From contig OZ242365.1 of assembly GCA_965208905.1 (NCBI GenBank), positions 832,001-896,000 on the forward strand: 64,000 bases of DNA. The letters run 5' to 3'. Below, piece after piece: positions 51,593 to 61,666 of this stretch; within the stretch, counting starts at the first letter, position 1; every line of letters starts with the position of its first letter. The notes under the pieces were generated by a model. The model saw only the letters and a program-made list of their open reading frames with translations. It was not told the DNA's origin and did no database searches. This DNA is from Nitrosopumilaceae archaeon (GTDB taxonomy: Archaea; Thermoproteota; Nitrososphaeria; Nitrososphaerales; Nitrosopumilaceae). The position numbers were made by a program, and so were the translations under genes.

Positions 51593-52097
51593 AATCTACA
51601 TTTTTGCCCCGGGGTATAGCCAAGATGAACTGTTTTCTGACGGTGGTGGCTAGTCTGCCCGCCAAAACAAGACTGGTTGTTGTGATGGCGTCTCGCGTAC
51701 CATATACGTGAACCAGATACGGCGCATGGTCTATGCCTGGCCCTGATTTGTATACGGCAAAATCACATCCAAACTTTATACCTGGAGTCACTACATATCC
51801 CAAGTCACGAAACGTCTTGTATACTAGATACTTTCTATCAAAGTTACTATACTTGGACTTGCATATCTCTTTCATTGTCGGTATGCTTACTACTTTATGA
51901 GCTAGGCGAACATCTATGCGACCTGTCTCCAAAAGATATAGCCCCTCTATAAGGTCCAGCACCAGAGGCACGTCTATCTGCTCGGGCTTGGGCTTTGGTA
52001 TACCTATGGGTTTTCCGTAGTAACCACTACAAAATAGTCTTTTAGAGTCCTGTATGTCCCATATGATTATACGATTTTCCACAAGGTTACCCTTCAT
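51564..52097 (-). CDS. endA: tRNA splicing endonuclease, catalytic subunit
   Basis: GYYGKPIG specificity loop, GIKFGCDFAVY, GPGIDHAPY, RLATTVRK. Confidence 0.92.
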   Translation of the reverse strand: MKGNLVENRIIIWDIQDSKRLFCSGYYGKPIGIPKPKPEQIDVPLVLDLIEGLYLLETGRIDVRLAHKVVSIPTMKEICKSKYSNFDRKYLVYKTFRDLGYVVTPGIKFGCDFAVYKSGPGIDHAPYLVHVYGTRDAITTTSLVLAGRLATTVRKQFILAIPRGKNVDFMALDWWKA

Positions 52098-52120
52098 TAA
52101 ACAATGTAAGATGATGTCTT

Positions 52121-52774
52121 TTATAGACTAAATGCTAACATTATGAAAGAATCCGAGACCTCTTGACATTTATCGGCCATCTCTTCTATGCCATCAATAA
52201 CGTCTTTCATTAGTATTAGTTCTGCAGGATCCTTTAGACTCTTCATCGCCTTTATTGTCGCTTGACGATATTTGGTGTCTATCTCTCTTTCTATCTCTTG
52301 TGTCTCTTGAGCTAACTCTATGGCCTTACTACTGTTGGTGTTGAGGTTTCTTGTAATCTCGTTTAGTTTGAGAACCTCATCTACTACTAACTCTATCAGA
52401 TCTGTCAAATCTTTGTCCATCTTGGAATTTTTGAGCGTAGTTGCCTTGATGTTGGACAGCTTAAATGAGATGCCCGTAATGTGTCCTGCTATCTCATCAA
52501 TAGTAAATGCCGTATTCAACAAATTCTCTCGGTTCATTATGAGGCCTCCAACATCACCCACCTCTTTTGTTATTTTTCGTCTATGGGTTTCAACCTCATC
52601 TTCAATATCCGCTATCTGGTTTAACAGGTCCTTTATGCCCTCTTTATCCCTCCTTGTCATGAGATCTGGCAGTCGGGCCAGCTCCCTTGTAGCATTTAGT
52701 ATACGATTTATTTCATCTTGTAGTATAGAAGTTGCCTTCCTTTTAGCCTGCTCTTCTAACGCTCCACTATACAT
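52121..52774 (-). CDS. DUF47 / PhoU-like protein
   Basis: Helical repeats, EREID, EEMAD. Confidence 0.8.
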   Translation of the reverse strand: MYSGALEEQAKRKATSILQDEINRILNATRELARLPDLMTRRDKEGIKDLLNQIADIEDEVETHRRKITKEVGDVGGLIMNRENLLNTAFTIDEIAGHITGISFKLSNIKATTLKNSKMDKDLTDLIELVVDEVLKLNEITRNLNTNSSKAIELAQETQEIEREIDTKYRQATIKAMKSLKDPAELILMKDVIDGIEEMADKCQEVSDSFIMLAFSL

Positions 52775-53058
52775 AACTTTACTATATAAGTTAGAAGGCG
52801 CATAATTTAAACTCTCTTTAATACAAATATCCGACTTTGTTATGGCGACTAAAATATTACGATATGTAGTCAGATAAAATCACCCTGGACACTACGCCAC
52901 AGTAACACACCGCCCCTGTGGACCAGATGGAGGTGCAACCAGTCCAAATGTATCGGGAGTGCAAGTCAGAGTACATCGCCGGACTGTCGATGTCCATGGT
53001 GTATAAAAGTTGCGAGGCCATCAGAGCCACGATGCTCTCTTGACTATATATGCCCCTT

Positions 53059-54801
53059 TCAGTATGACTTTGCCTGGCCGTTGTATAATGTGAGTATCTC
53101 TTCTGCAGTGGACGCCTGCTCGGCTGATTTATCTACCCTTATGCGACCAGTAAAACGAGGGAATCGTAATGCAAACCCTGAATCGCCATCTGCTTTACCT
53201 GTAGTGTGTATCGGACTGCGAGTTATCTCTGCTGCCACAACCTCAATTACAAGTTCTGGGGCAAACCATACGTCTGCCTCCATTATGCTGTCCACACGCA
53301 GGTCCACCTTTGTTAAGATCTTTTCATTAAGTATCTGGTATAATGTGTCTAGGTCCTCATCTTTGAAACCACTACCCACCTTACATATACTCAAAAACAT
53401 ATCTTGCGCATCATCATATGTTGCCAAAAGAAGCGTTCCATAGGTGCCGGCCCGGCGCCCCTTTCCGTAGAATGCGCCTATGACAACTAAATCCAACGTG
53501 TCCCCAACTCCCTTCTGATAGTCCTGCTTTAATTTCAGCCACTGGCTGCCCCGGGATCCGGCGCGATATATGCTGTCCGTGGCCTTTAACATCAACCCCT
53601 CACACCCTGCATTTACACTACTCTCCATGAATTCAACAATATCTGCCTCGGTCTTTATGATCATCATTGGTACTAAACGCGCGATACCGCCTTCCTTTAT
53701 AACATATTGAAGCATCTGTCGCCTTTTTTCGTATACTTCATCCAAAAAACTTTGATCATCTACGTATAATATGTCAAAAAAGTTCACCACGACCGGATAA
53801 TCGGATATTGCCTTTTCCAGACCATGCTTTCGTCGGCGGTGCATTATATTTTGAAACGGCAGAAACTCCCCGGTCTCTGTATTTATGGGAACAGCTTCCG
53901 CCTCCAATATTATATTACTTGATTTGGATATGTCTGGCATGGCCTCAATAACATCCAGATAGTACTCGGTTATCCTCTCCAATTTCCGCGAAAAGATCTC
54001 AACATGACCATCTGCCATATGTATTTGGACCCGTTCGCCATCTAGCTTGTATTCGGCAGCAAAACCAACACCCATCTTACTTAGGGCATCGCTTTCAGTA
54101 CGAATGCGCTCTGCAAGCATGGGTCGTATGGGACTAAACGGTGTAACCTTGAATGACTTTAAACCCCCAAGTCCATATTTGGCTGTGGTGTGTGCGACGC
54201 GACCCAGATCGCTGGACACATTGTATGCCTCCTCTAATAAAGTGCGGTTTGCGCGCTCGCCAGTATATGCCTCGGCCAAGGCATCCATGATGGTGTTCTC
54301 TGCTACCCCTAACCTCATTGAACCTAGCAGTATTTTGAGTATGAATCTGGCTTCGGTGGGGCTTGCATCATTCAGTAGACTTGATATGTACTTTATCTTC
54401 ATGTCTTGTGAACGTGATCCTTCAATCTGGGCCACTTTGAGTATGGTGTTGTATACACGATCCACAGTTACCTCCTGCGCAAAGAGTGTGGTCTGCGACT
54501 TCTTCTCTAGTATATGGGATGCTGCCTCTCCTAAGTCACCGGTCTCTACATACTTTGCCTGTATGGCTGCTTGTGATATGCCTGAGGATTTGGCGATGGC
54601 GCGTATTGCCATCTTCTCTGCAACGCCCACCTCCACTCCCTCGTAGTCGGGCCGCACCTTGCCCTGCAACAGATACACAATCTCTGCTATATGATCTGGA
54701 TTCACCTGCTTGAATATATCCACCATGATTGATGTCAACTCCAGCCTTTTGGTAGTCTCTTCCATCTTTGCCAAACTTTCGGCCAATATAGAGAACAGCA
54801 T
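53059..54801 (-). CDS. lig: ATP-dependent DNA ligase
   Basis: PMLA, EYKLDGER, EGLMLK, WLKLK, LRFPR. Confidence 0.96.
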   Translation of the reverse strand: MLFSILAESLAKMEETTKRLELTSIMVDIFKQVNPDHIAEIVYLLQGKVRPDYEGVEVGVAEKMAIRAIAKSSGISQAAIQAKYVETGDLGEAASHILEKKSQTTLFAQEVTVDRVYNTILKVAQIEGSRSQDMKIKYISSLLNDASPTEARFILKILLGSMRLGVAENTIMDALAEAYTGERANRTLLEEAYNVSSDLGRVAHTTAKYGLGGLKSFKVTPFSPIRPMLAERIRTESDALSKMGVGFAAEYKLDGERVQIHMADGHVEIFSRKLERITEYYLDVIEAMPDISKSSNIILEAEAVPINTETGEFLPFQNIMHRRRKHGLEKAISDYPVVVNFFDILYVDDQSFLDEVYEKRRQMLQYVIKEGGIARLVPMMIIKTEADIVEFMESSVNAGCEGLMLKATDSIYRAGSRGSQWLKLKQDYQKGVGDTLDLVVIGAFYGKGRRAGTYGTLLLATYDDAQDMFLSICKVGSGFKDEDLDTLYQILNEKILTKVDLRVDSIMEADVWFAPELVIEVVAAEITRSPIHTTGKADGDSGFALRFPRFTGRIRVDKSAEQASTAEEILTLYNGQAKSY

Positions 54802-54995
54802 GTATAATGATGATAAAATCAACATAAAAGATTGATTTTCTAAATTAGGTTGTATGCTGATTACATAATATTGTATCATACATGACAGTCAAAACTAACA
54901 CCTGTCTTGTTTGATAATGGCAAAGTATCTGATATCTTTGCTGTGCAAACACCAGAGTGTCGCTTGGACATATATTATACACGGCATGCTAATGT

Positions 54996-56003
54996 GTGGT
55001 TATGACGGTAACAATCGTAGTGGGCGGTTTCTTTGGTGATGAGGGTAAAGGAAAAGTAATATCCCACTTAGCCAGAGCGGATGATCCGGATATAGTCGTT
55101 CGGGGTGGAGCTGGGCCTAATGCAGGTCATACCATTCGCAGCGGCAATGACACTTACAAAGTCAGAATGCTACCCTGTGGTTTTTTAAACAAGAGTGCCC
55201 GTCTGCTGGTTGGACCTGGTGTAGTGATAAACCCTAAAGTGTTGTATAGTGAGATAGCTGAGTTTGGTGTCGGTGGCCGGGCGTTTATAGACAAAAATTG
55301 TGGCATTATAGAGCAGTCCCATATAGATATGGATTCTAAGGGAGACTTGAAAGAGAAGATTGGTAGTACGGGTTCGGGTACGGGACCGGCCAATGCAGAT
55401 AGAGCCATGAGGGTACTAAAACTTGCCTGTCACATCAATGAGCTGGAGGATGTCACCATCGATGTTCCCGCTGAGATTGACAGGACAGTGCGAGCAGGCG
55501 GAGATGTACTGGTGGAGGGCACTCAGGGGACATTTTTGTCTTTGTGGCATGGAACATATCCGTATGTAACCTCCAAGGATGTAACTGCCTCGGGAATATG
55601 CGCCGATGTGGGCATTGGTCCTACAATAGTAGATGATGTCATAATGGTGGTAAAGGCATTTGTAACTCGTGTAGGCACGGGTCCGTTGAACAACGAACTA
55701 TCTCATGAGGATACTGTACGACGAGGATGGAACGAGAAGGGTACCGTCACTGGTCGGGACCGCAGGGCTGCTGCGTTTGACTACGAGTTGGGCAGGCGGG
55801 CAGTGATGTTGAATGGTGCCAATCAACTGGCACTGACCAAACTTGACATGCTATTTCCTGAATGCTCAAAGATGACATCCTATGATAATCTGAGCCTTGA
55901 GGCAAAATCATTTGTAAAAAAGATGGAGGATGAGTTAGGCATACCTGTGACAATAGTTGGTACTGGCCCAGAGGATACATCAGTTATTGATCGGAGAAGT
56001 TAA
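54996..56003 (+). CDS. purA: Adenylosuccinate synthetase
   Basis: GDEGKGK, NAGHT, EGTQG, GTVTGR. Confidence 0.96.
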   Translation: MVMTVTIVVGGFFGDEGKGKVISHLARADDPDIVVRGGAGPNAGHTIRSGNDTYKVRMLPCGFLNKSARLLVGPGVVINPKVLYSEIAEFGVGGRAFIDKNCGIIEQSHIDMDSKGDLKEKIGSTGSGTGPANADRAMRVLKLACHINELEDVTIDVPAEIDRTVRAGGDVLVEGTQGTFLSLWHGTYPYVTSKDVTASGICADVGIGPTIVDDVIMVVKAFVTRVGTGPLNNELSHEDTVRRGWNEKGTVTGRDRRAAAFDYELGRRAVMLNGANQLALTKLDMLFPECSKMTSYDNLSLEAKSFVKKMEDELGIPVTIVGTGPEDTSVIDRRS

Positions 56004-56006
56004 AGT

Positions 56007-56711
56007 ATGACTTTTCGTGATCGTTTGGCAAAGTCCGCAGAACGTCATGGCCCCATAATATTGGCTGCAGATACTACACACAGAACCGTACAAAACATCA
56101 CGTATAATATGAACAATTTAAATGATCATATATGCGCAATTAAAATGAATTTTCAGGTGTTATTGACATTAGGTATCGCCGAAATAAAAGAGATTACAGA
56201 TGCAGCTCATGCAAGAGACTTGCAGTGCATTGCGGATATCAAACTAAACGACATTAATAATACAAACCTGGACACCTCTGATATACTCTGGAGAGCAGGC
56301 TTTGATGCCATCATAGCAAACCCAATAATGGGCCCAGAAGCGCTATCTGCATTAGTACAAAAGGCACACAGCGTAGATAATGGAATAATATCTCTATGTC
56401 ATATGAGTTCGTCCGAAGGTGCGGTCTCATATGAGCTTCAGGTGGGGGGCGGGCCACTATACAAAAAGTTTCTAGAGTGGGGACTGGCTGCCAAAGTAGA
56501 TGGAGTCATAGTGGGTGCCACATTTCCAGAGATAATCTCCGCATGCAAACGTGAGACTAAAGATCGTCTTGATATACTCTCACCAGGCATAGGTGTGCAG
56601 GGCGGCAGCGCAAAGACATCCTTTGCCAACGGTACAGACTATATCATAGTGGGACGAACTCTTCTAAACGCCAAGAACCCCTCTGAAATGGCAGTATCTA
56701 TTTTGTCATGA
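56007..56711 (+). CDS. pyrF: Orotidine 5'-phosphate decarboxylase
   Basis: DIKLNDI, VGAT, SPGIGVQGG, IVGR. Confidence 0.93.
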   Translation: MTFRDRLAKSAERHGPIILAADTTHRTVQNITYNMNNLNDHICAIKMNFQVLLTLGIAEIKEITDAAHARDLQCIADIKLNDINNTNLDTSDILWRAGFDAIIANPIMGPEALSALVQKAHSVDNGIISLCHMSSSEGAVSYELQVGGGPLYKKFLEWGLAAKVDGVIVGATFPEIISACKRETKDRLDILSPGIGVQGGSAKTSFANGTDYIIVGRTLLNAKNPSEMAVSILS

Positions 56712-57135
56712 CGTGAAGAAACCTATATGCGCTGGTCAATATTCTTCTAGCATTATCAAAGGTTACTCGCTGTAGTGAATCTTCATAGTTTAGCCACACA
56801 TAATCAAGATGCTCATTGGATAGATGGACATCTTCTTCTAATGTACGGCCCAAAAAGAAGATAACCTGTTTTCTCATTGTGCGACCAGCATAATTATAAG
56901 AGTAGAGGATACGTTTCTTAAAACCACTCACAAATACTACGTCTTTTATGCCTGTCTCCTCTTCCACCTCGCGAACAGCAGCTTGTTTGTTGGTCTCGCC
57001 CACCTCCCTGTGCCCCTTGGCAAAGTCCCAATGTCCAGCTGGGTACTTTAGTAGCAAGAAGAGTTTATCTAAACTGTCGTATCTATACAACACTACTCCC
57101 GCGGATGTCTGCATGTTGTATATCATATAATACAT
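56698..57135 (-). CDS. Nudix hydrolase (Ap4A hydrolase-like)
   Basis: HWDFAKGH...AVREVEEETG. Confidence 0.9.
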   Translation of the reverse strand: MYYMIYNMQTSAGVVLYRYDSLDKLFLLLKYPAGHWDFAKGHREVGETNKQAAVREVEEETGIKDVVFVSGFKKRILYSYNYAGRTMRKQVIFFLGRTLEEDVHLSNEHLDYVWLNYEDSLQRVTFDNARRILTSAYRFLHVMTK

Positions 57136-57145
57136 TGTTTAATAA

Positions 57146-57376
57146 TTAATCCCATTCATCTAATGTACCCGAAGACTGACCCTCCGTACTACCTGCATAG
57201 TCTCCTAGTATGTCTGAGTATGTAGCATCATTATGCGCCACGAATCTGACGTACTCCCCATAGGATATGTCCAGGCCACAGTGTGAACATATAACACATG
57301 AAAAGTCTGGATAGAGCTCTGCACTATCTTTGCATTTGGGACACTTTATCTTCACAAGTATACTTGGGATAATCAA
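57146..57376 (-). CDS. Small Zn-ribbon protein
   Basis: CPKC...CSHC. Confidence 0.65.
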   Translation of the reverse strand: MIIPSILVKIKCPKCKDSAELYPDFSCVICSHCGLDISYGEYVRFVAHNDATYSDILGDYAGSTEGQSSGTLDEWD

Positions 57377-57476
57377 GATATTATACTTTGTACAACAAGT
57401 CAGGCGGCGAATATGACTTATCTACTGTATGTTATGACTTCAACGCTGTGCATGCCACTGTACAAGGCGCCAAGGT

Positions 57477-57508
57477 ATGAGTAATGTTTACTCATGTATA
57501 TGATTCCC
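57477..57508. repeat. Truncated second copy of the family B micro-MITE
   Basis: ATGAGTAATGTTTACTCATGTATATGATTCCC, 30/32 identical to 50751-50782. Confidence 0.78.
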
Positions 57509-57551
57509 TATAACTTTGTCCAAAGGGATAAATTTATCATGCCGCCTAAAC

Positions 57552-57827
57552 ATGGTGATGGCTATGACCTGCACAAAATGCAAGAGTGCTATTCCCGAGG
57601 ATGATGTCTTGGATCCGTTTGCAGCCAAGTATCCTTGCTGTAATACATGTTGGACTGCATGGAAAGAGTATAGAATAATGGTAATGAACGAAATGCGATT
57701 GGACATGTCAATGTTAGACCACCGCAAAGTACTCAAAAAACACGAAAAGATCTTTGTGGGCGTTCTGACACCTGAAGGCGGTATTGTAAATTATGCAGAC
57801 GAAGAAAACCGCAACCCTGACGCTTAG
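57552..57827 (+). CDS. YggX-like Fe(II)-trafficking protein
   Basis: CWTAWKEYRIMVMNEMRLDM...HRKVL. Confidence 0.75.
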   Translation: MVMAMTCTKCKSAIPEDDVLDPFAAKYPCCNTCWTAWKEYRIMVMNEMRLDMSMLDHRKVLKKHEKIFVGVLTPEGGIVNYADEENRNPDA

Positions 57828-58285
57828 ATATCTAGTATCTGTTTGATTGACTCGGGCGTTAAGGCTATCAATTTACTTTTATCGTTATCGTCCATATCGC
57901 TCAAGATCATGCGCAATGTAGTGATGATTGTGTTCTGTCTATTTGGTTCAAGTCCCAAAAACACATCCACAATGCCATCCATGTGTAATTGAACTAATTT
58001 ATCGGGGTTTGATAGTATTTCACTGGCATATGACTCCAACAATACACGTCTGTCTTCAGCTTCCTGCTCTGATACCACCTCCAACCAAGTCTGTAACAAC
58101 GTACTAAACTTGTCAAACGGGATTGTGGGACTGGCATCTAATGCATGGTGGATAACGTCTACCTGCTCATTCTTTGGGAGGCGAGGAAACTCGGATACTC
58201 GAGCGCTTAACATTGGCTTGCGCAGAAATTCAGGTAGCGAGGCCAACGTCACGATTATGTTTGCAGCATAGTTTGGTTCACTCAA
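57824..58285 (-). CDS. Hypothetical helical protein
   Basis: Clean 153-aa ORF. Confidence 0.65.
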   Translation of the reverse strand: MSEPNYAANIIVTLASLPEFLRKPMLSARVSEFPRLPKNEQVDVIHHALDASPTIPFDKFSTLLQTWLEVVSEQEAEDRRVLLESYASEILSNPDKLVQLHMDGIVDVFLGLEPNRQNTIITTLRMILSDMDDNDKSKLIALTPESIKQILDI

Positions 58286-58371
58286 CTATTTGATTAGACA
58301 TTGTGGTTTTATATACTTTCGAGATTTCACGTGCCTGACAATAAAAAGAAGAATTATAAAACCCTCACGAT

Positions 58372-58836
58372 GTGTTTATATACTTGTCAGAATTTGAGAC
58401 AGCCGATGATTTGGATAATATGGGGGATCAGGTGTTGGAGAAAGCAGTAATAGCGTTCAGAAAGAGAATGGAACGTGATGATCTCACAGACGAACAGAGG
58501 GAAGAGATAGAGATAAGAGCAAAGGCCATGGAGACCAGGGATGTAATCGAGTACAACGAGGAACATACTGCCACCGAGATTGTATCTGAGGGTGATGAAC
58601 GCAGAGTTCTCATAGGCCCGCCCACATTAACCAGATTTGAGAAGGCCAGAATTATGGGGGCCCGGGCATTACAACTATCCATGGGAGCACCACCATTCGT
58701 AGACTTGACTTCGGATATTAAAACTTCATTGGCAATAGCCCAAGAGGAGTTGAATTTAAGAGTGATCCCTATTGTAATACGACGCGCACTACCCAATGGA
58801 GACTTTCAAAATATACCCATAGGATACTTTAATTGA
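58372..58836 (+). CDS. rpoK: RNA polymerase subunit Rpo6
   Basis: [21 protein letters not shown]. Confidence 0.93.
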   Translation: MFIYLSEFETADDLDNMGDQVLEKAVIAFRKRMERDDLTDEQREEIEIRAKAMETRDVIEYNEEHTATEIVSEGDERRVLIGPPTLTRFEKARIMGARALQLSMGAPPFVDLTSDIKTSLAIAQEELNLRVIPIVIRRALPNGDFQNIPIGYFN

Positions 58837-58876
58837 AAATTCAACAAAATTTAATAAATGATGCAGGTGTGAACGG

Positions 58877-59173
58877 TTGATGTCAGAACAAAAGAAAACT
58901 AAAGCCGGCATACCTCGGGATCAGATATTAATAATCAGCGGTGCTCCGATAATGAGTATTGTTATCGAAGCGATGTCAAAATTAGGAGAGAAGGGACTAT
59001 TGTCCATACGGGCTCGAGAGAACAACATACCCCGTGCTGTAGTGGTGGCCAACATATTGACCGAAAAGATGATGCAAGAAAACTCACAGATATATCGTAT
59101 ACTTTTAGATGGTGCGATGCGTCCCGACGGGAGTATGGCATCTACAATTGAGATAATTATCACTAAAATTTAG
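58877..59173 (+). CDS. Alba-family nucleic-acid-binding protein (divergent)
   Basis: IRAR...IPRAVVVA...STIEIII. Confidence 0.75.
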   Translation: MMSEQKKTKAGIPRDQILIISGAPIMSIVIEAMSKLGEKGLLSIRARENNIPRAVVVANILTEKMMQENSQIYRILLDGAMRPDGSMASTIEIIITKI

Positions 59174-59610
59174 TATACTGTGCCAGGACCTTTTAGCAAC
59201 ATACTCTCGCATTCCTTACAAATCTGCTCATCTATACCTGACTCCATCTGATGGTGTATATCACATATGAGTAAGCTTGATTTGATATAGTTACACAGAC
59301 CAATGAACTTTGCGAGGCTAGATGGAGTATATGCTCTATCGGATGCCAAGTTATTACTGAGATCCTCAATCAATTCAGACACTTTCTTGTTTTGAAGGAG
59401 TTTCTCTATAAGTGCAGGATCTCCCCGGGTGCCGCGAACATAGTTACTGATGGCCGCTTGCGTCACACCCAACATCTTTGATATTGTGTCTTCAGGTATC
59501 CCATAGTTGGCTGTTAATTTCTTTGCCAAGATTGCTCTTATTGCCGGGATAAGCGTCTTTGATTCTATCTCTGCTGGTAGTAGCATATACTCATTATTTT
59601 TTGTCAACAA
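59170..59610 (-). CDS. HTH transcriptional regulator
   Basis: LIPAIRA, LGVTQAAISNY, C-terminal CxxH/CxxC. Confidence 0.83.
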   Translation of the reverse strand: MLTKNNEYMLLPAEIESKTLIPAIRAILAKKLTANYGIPEDTISKMLGVTQAAISNYVRGTRGDPALIEKLLQNKKVSELIEDLSNNLASDRAYTPSSLAKFIGLCNYIKSSLLICDIHHQMESGIDEQICKECESMLLKGPGTVY

Positions 59611-59630
59611 TTTATTCTTTACCTCATGTT

Positions 59631-61246
59631 GGTTCCTCCCGCAAAGTCAGGTGACGGTTGATGTGTGTTGGATAGTGTTAAATACGTTATTGAACCGTAC
59701 TATATGATGGCTCTAGTCAAAAATAGCAGGGCAGTAACACGTCCATACACAAAAAATTTGGGCATGCGACATGTGTTTGAACATGTCAGGAAGGTGGCAG
59801 AAGTGGCGTACATTATAGCAGATAACACGGGGAAGAATACCTATGGTGTTAACGCATTAATATATCATATAATGCGCGGCCCTGACCCCAAAGTATATTC
59901 GTCCATAACGCAGACCGCCATACGGGACGGGGTTGCCGCCCATAAAACGTACAATACAAAGGCTGCGCAGGGCACGAAGGTGTCTGAACCTATATTTCGT
60001 AATCCGGTTGTAAAGTTGAAAAACCAAGATTGGAGGCTGAATCCGATAGCGGGTGGATATATGGCTATTGCAAATGTTGGCTCATCAAAACACCCACATA
60101 TGATAGCAATTCCCGTCTCTTCAGATGTGGTACGTAAAATAGGGCAAAATGAGTTGGGAGAGTTGTGGATCACGCCAACCACATATACCATTACATATTA
60201 CAACAAAGTGCCCAAGGTTGAAAAATCCCACCCACACGGCAAGTCAGAGATTATCGAACTACTTACGGATGTGGGCTGTGTGGGCGGTACACCAAAGGAT
60301 GTAATTGGCGTGGATATTAATGAAAAGAACATCACCGTAGGTGATAAAGATACAATGGTACAGTTTGATCTATCATACACGATACAGGCCATTGAGGGGG
60401 CAAAGACTGAGGATGTAAACAATACGTATACCCGTACACATGATAATATCGCATATGCGGCACGTACCGGAAGGTGTGTTGTACACAAGAAAGAGGAGGA
60501 GCGCAGAGAAAAGCAACAAGTCACACATGGTGGTCACAAGTTACACAGCAAACTCAAACGCAGATACAATAAACTCAAGAGGGAGGGCAAACACAAGAGG
60601 GCCGCCGAGATAAAGAAGCAGATGAGCAGATGCATATTGAGCATACCACATAACCACACAAAATCAAGGAAGAATGCTAAAAAGCGCAGGGTGGCCAAAG
60701 CCATGCGCCACCACGAACATGTGCTGAATGTGATAGCGTTATGTATAGCACAGTGGGCCGCACAATCCGGGTGCTTGGTGATGTTGGAGGATTTAACCCA
60801 TATATCGTATGGTTGGCAGAAGAATGGGAAGTTTGGCCATAATATGCGTCGCAGGTTACATTCTGCCATGATGCGAAAAGCATCGAATTTAATTTATGAA
60901 AAGTCCCAATTTTTGGGAGTAGAGGCATTACATATGCGTCCACACAACACATCCAAGCTATGTGCTGCATGTAGAACCCCACTAACTGGAGCTTATCATA
61001 AAAAAGACTGCACCCGCTGCCATACGGTTGGCGTAGATCGCGACGTCAACGCAGTGGAGAACATACGGCGAACAAGCGCCGTATCCCGATATGGTCGTAA
61101 GGTTTCGGCCAGTCTGGGCGAAGTCCGTCGTGGTGTGGATGTAATCCTCGATCCCACACCACTCATACAGGGTTGCTGGAGCAACTGGGCTGACAGGCTA
61201 TCCCGCATGGCGGGGGGTGTAATCACCCGACTTTGCGGGAGGAACC
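59631..61246 (+). mobile_element. TIR-bounded TnpB-only element, family A copy 3
   Basis: GGTTCCTCCCGCAAAGTCAGGTGA...TCACCCGACTTTGCGGGAGGAACC; TSD CCTCATGTT (59622-59630) / CCTCGTGTT (61247-61255). Confidence 0.92.
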
Positions 61247-61356
61247 CCTCGTGTTTTGGGAAATTAAAAATGATCCAGGTCTGGTATGGTGATCGTTTTG
61301 AGTGCGTGGCACGCTTGTGTGGTTTGGCTGCAAAAAATCCCACACCCTATGATTAA
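59665..61356 (+). CDS. tnpB: TnpB-like RuvC endonuclease; stop lost, reads through right TIR
   Basis: Close paralog of copies 1 and 2; catalytic motifs intact. Confidence 0.86.
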   Translation: MLDSVKYVIEPYYMMALVKNSRAVTRPYTKNLGMRHVFEHVRKVAEVAYIIADNTGKNTYGVNALIYHIMRGPDPKVYSSITQTAIRDGVAAHKTYNTKAAQGTKVSEPIFRNPVVKLKNQDWRLNPIAGGYMAIANVGSSKHPHMIAIPVSSDVVRKIGQNELGELWITPTTYTITYYNKVPKVEKSHPHGKSEIIELLTDVGCVGGTPKDVIGVDINEKNITVGDKDTMVQFDLSYTIQAIEGAKTEDVNNTYTRTHDNIAYAARTGRCVVHKKEEERREKQQVTHGGHKLHSKLKRRYNKLKREGKHKRAAEIKKQMSRCILSIPHNHTKSRKNAKKRRVAKAMRHHEHVLNVIALCIAQWAAQSGCLVMLEDLTHISYGWQKNGKFGHNMRRRLHSAMMRKASNLIYEKSQFLGVEALHMRPHNTSKLCAACRTPLTGAYHKKDCTRCHTVGVDRDVNAVENIRRTSAVSRYGRKVSASLGEVRRGVDVILDPTPLIQGCWSNWADRLSRMAGGVITRLCGRNPSCFGKLKMIQVWYGDRFECVARLCGLAAKNPTPYD

Positions 61357-61384
61357 TAAAAGAGGCCAATTCCATACGATACAA

Positions 61385-61498
61385 GCCGGCCATAGCGTCA
61401 GGGCGCGACCCAACCCCATTCCGAACTTGGAAGTCAAACCTGATGTCGCTGTTGTGCTACTAAGGTGCGAGAGCTCTTGGGAAGCAACAGTGCTGGCA
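61385..61498 (+). rRNA. rrf: 5S rRNA (stand-alone)
   Basis: GCCGGCCATAGC...CCCATTCCGAAC...GAAGTCAAAC...GCGAGAGC...GCTGGC. Confidence 0.93.
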
Positions 61499-61530
61499 TT
61501 ATTTATTAATAGTTACTGTGCATGATTATT

Positions 61531-61665
61531 GTGCCTGTAGATCCAGTATGTGGTATTGAATTGGACGAAGAGTTGGCCCTAAAGTACGTGCGCAAAGGAA
61601 AGACGTACTACTTTTGTTGTAATGGCTGCCGTCTAATATTCATGAAGCCCCGACTATGGCGGTAA
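61531..61665 (+). CDS. YHS/TRASH-domain small protein (not in ORF track)
   Basis: VDPVCG...GKTYYFCCNGC. Confidence 0.82.
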   Translation: MPVDPVCGIELDEELALKYVRKGKTYYFCCNGCRLIFMKPRLWR

Positions 61666-61666
61666 T

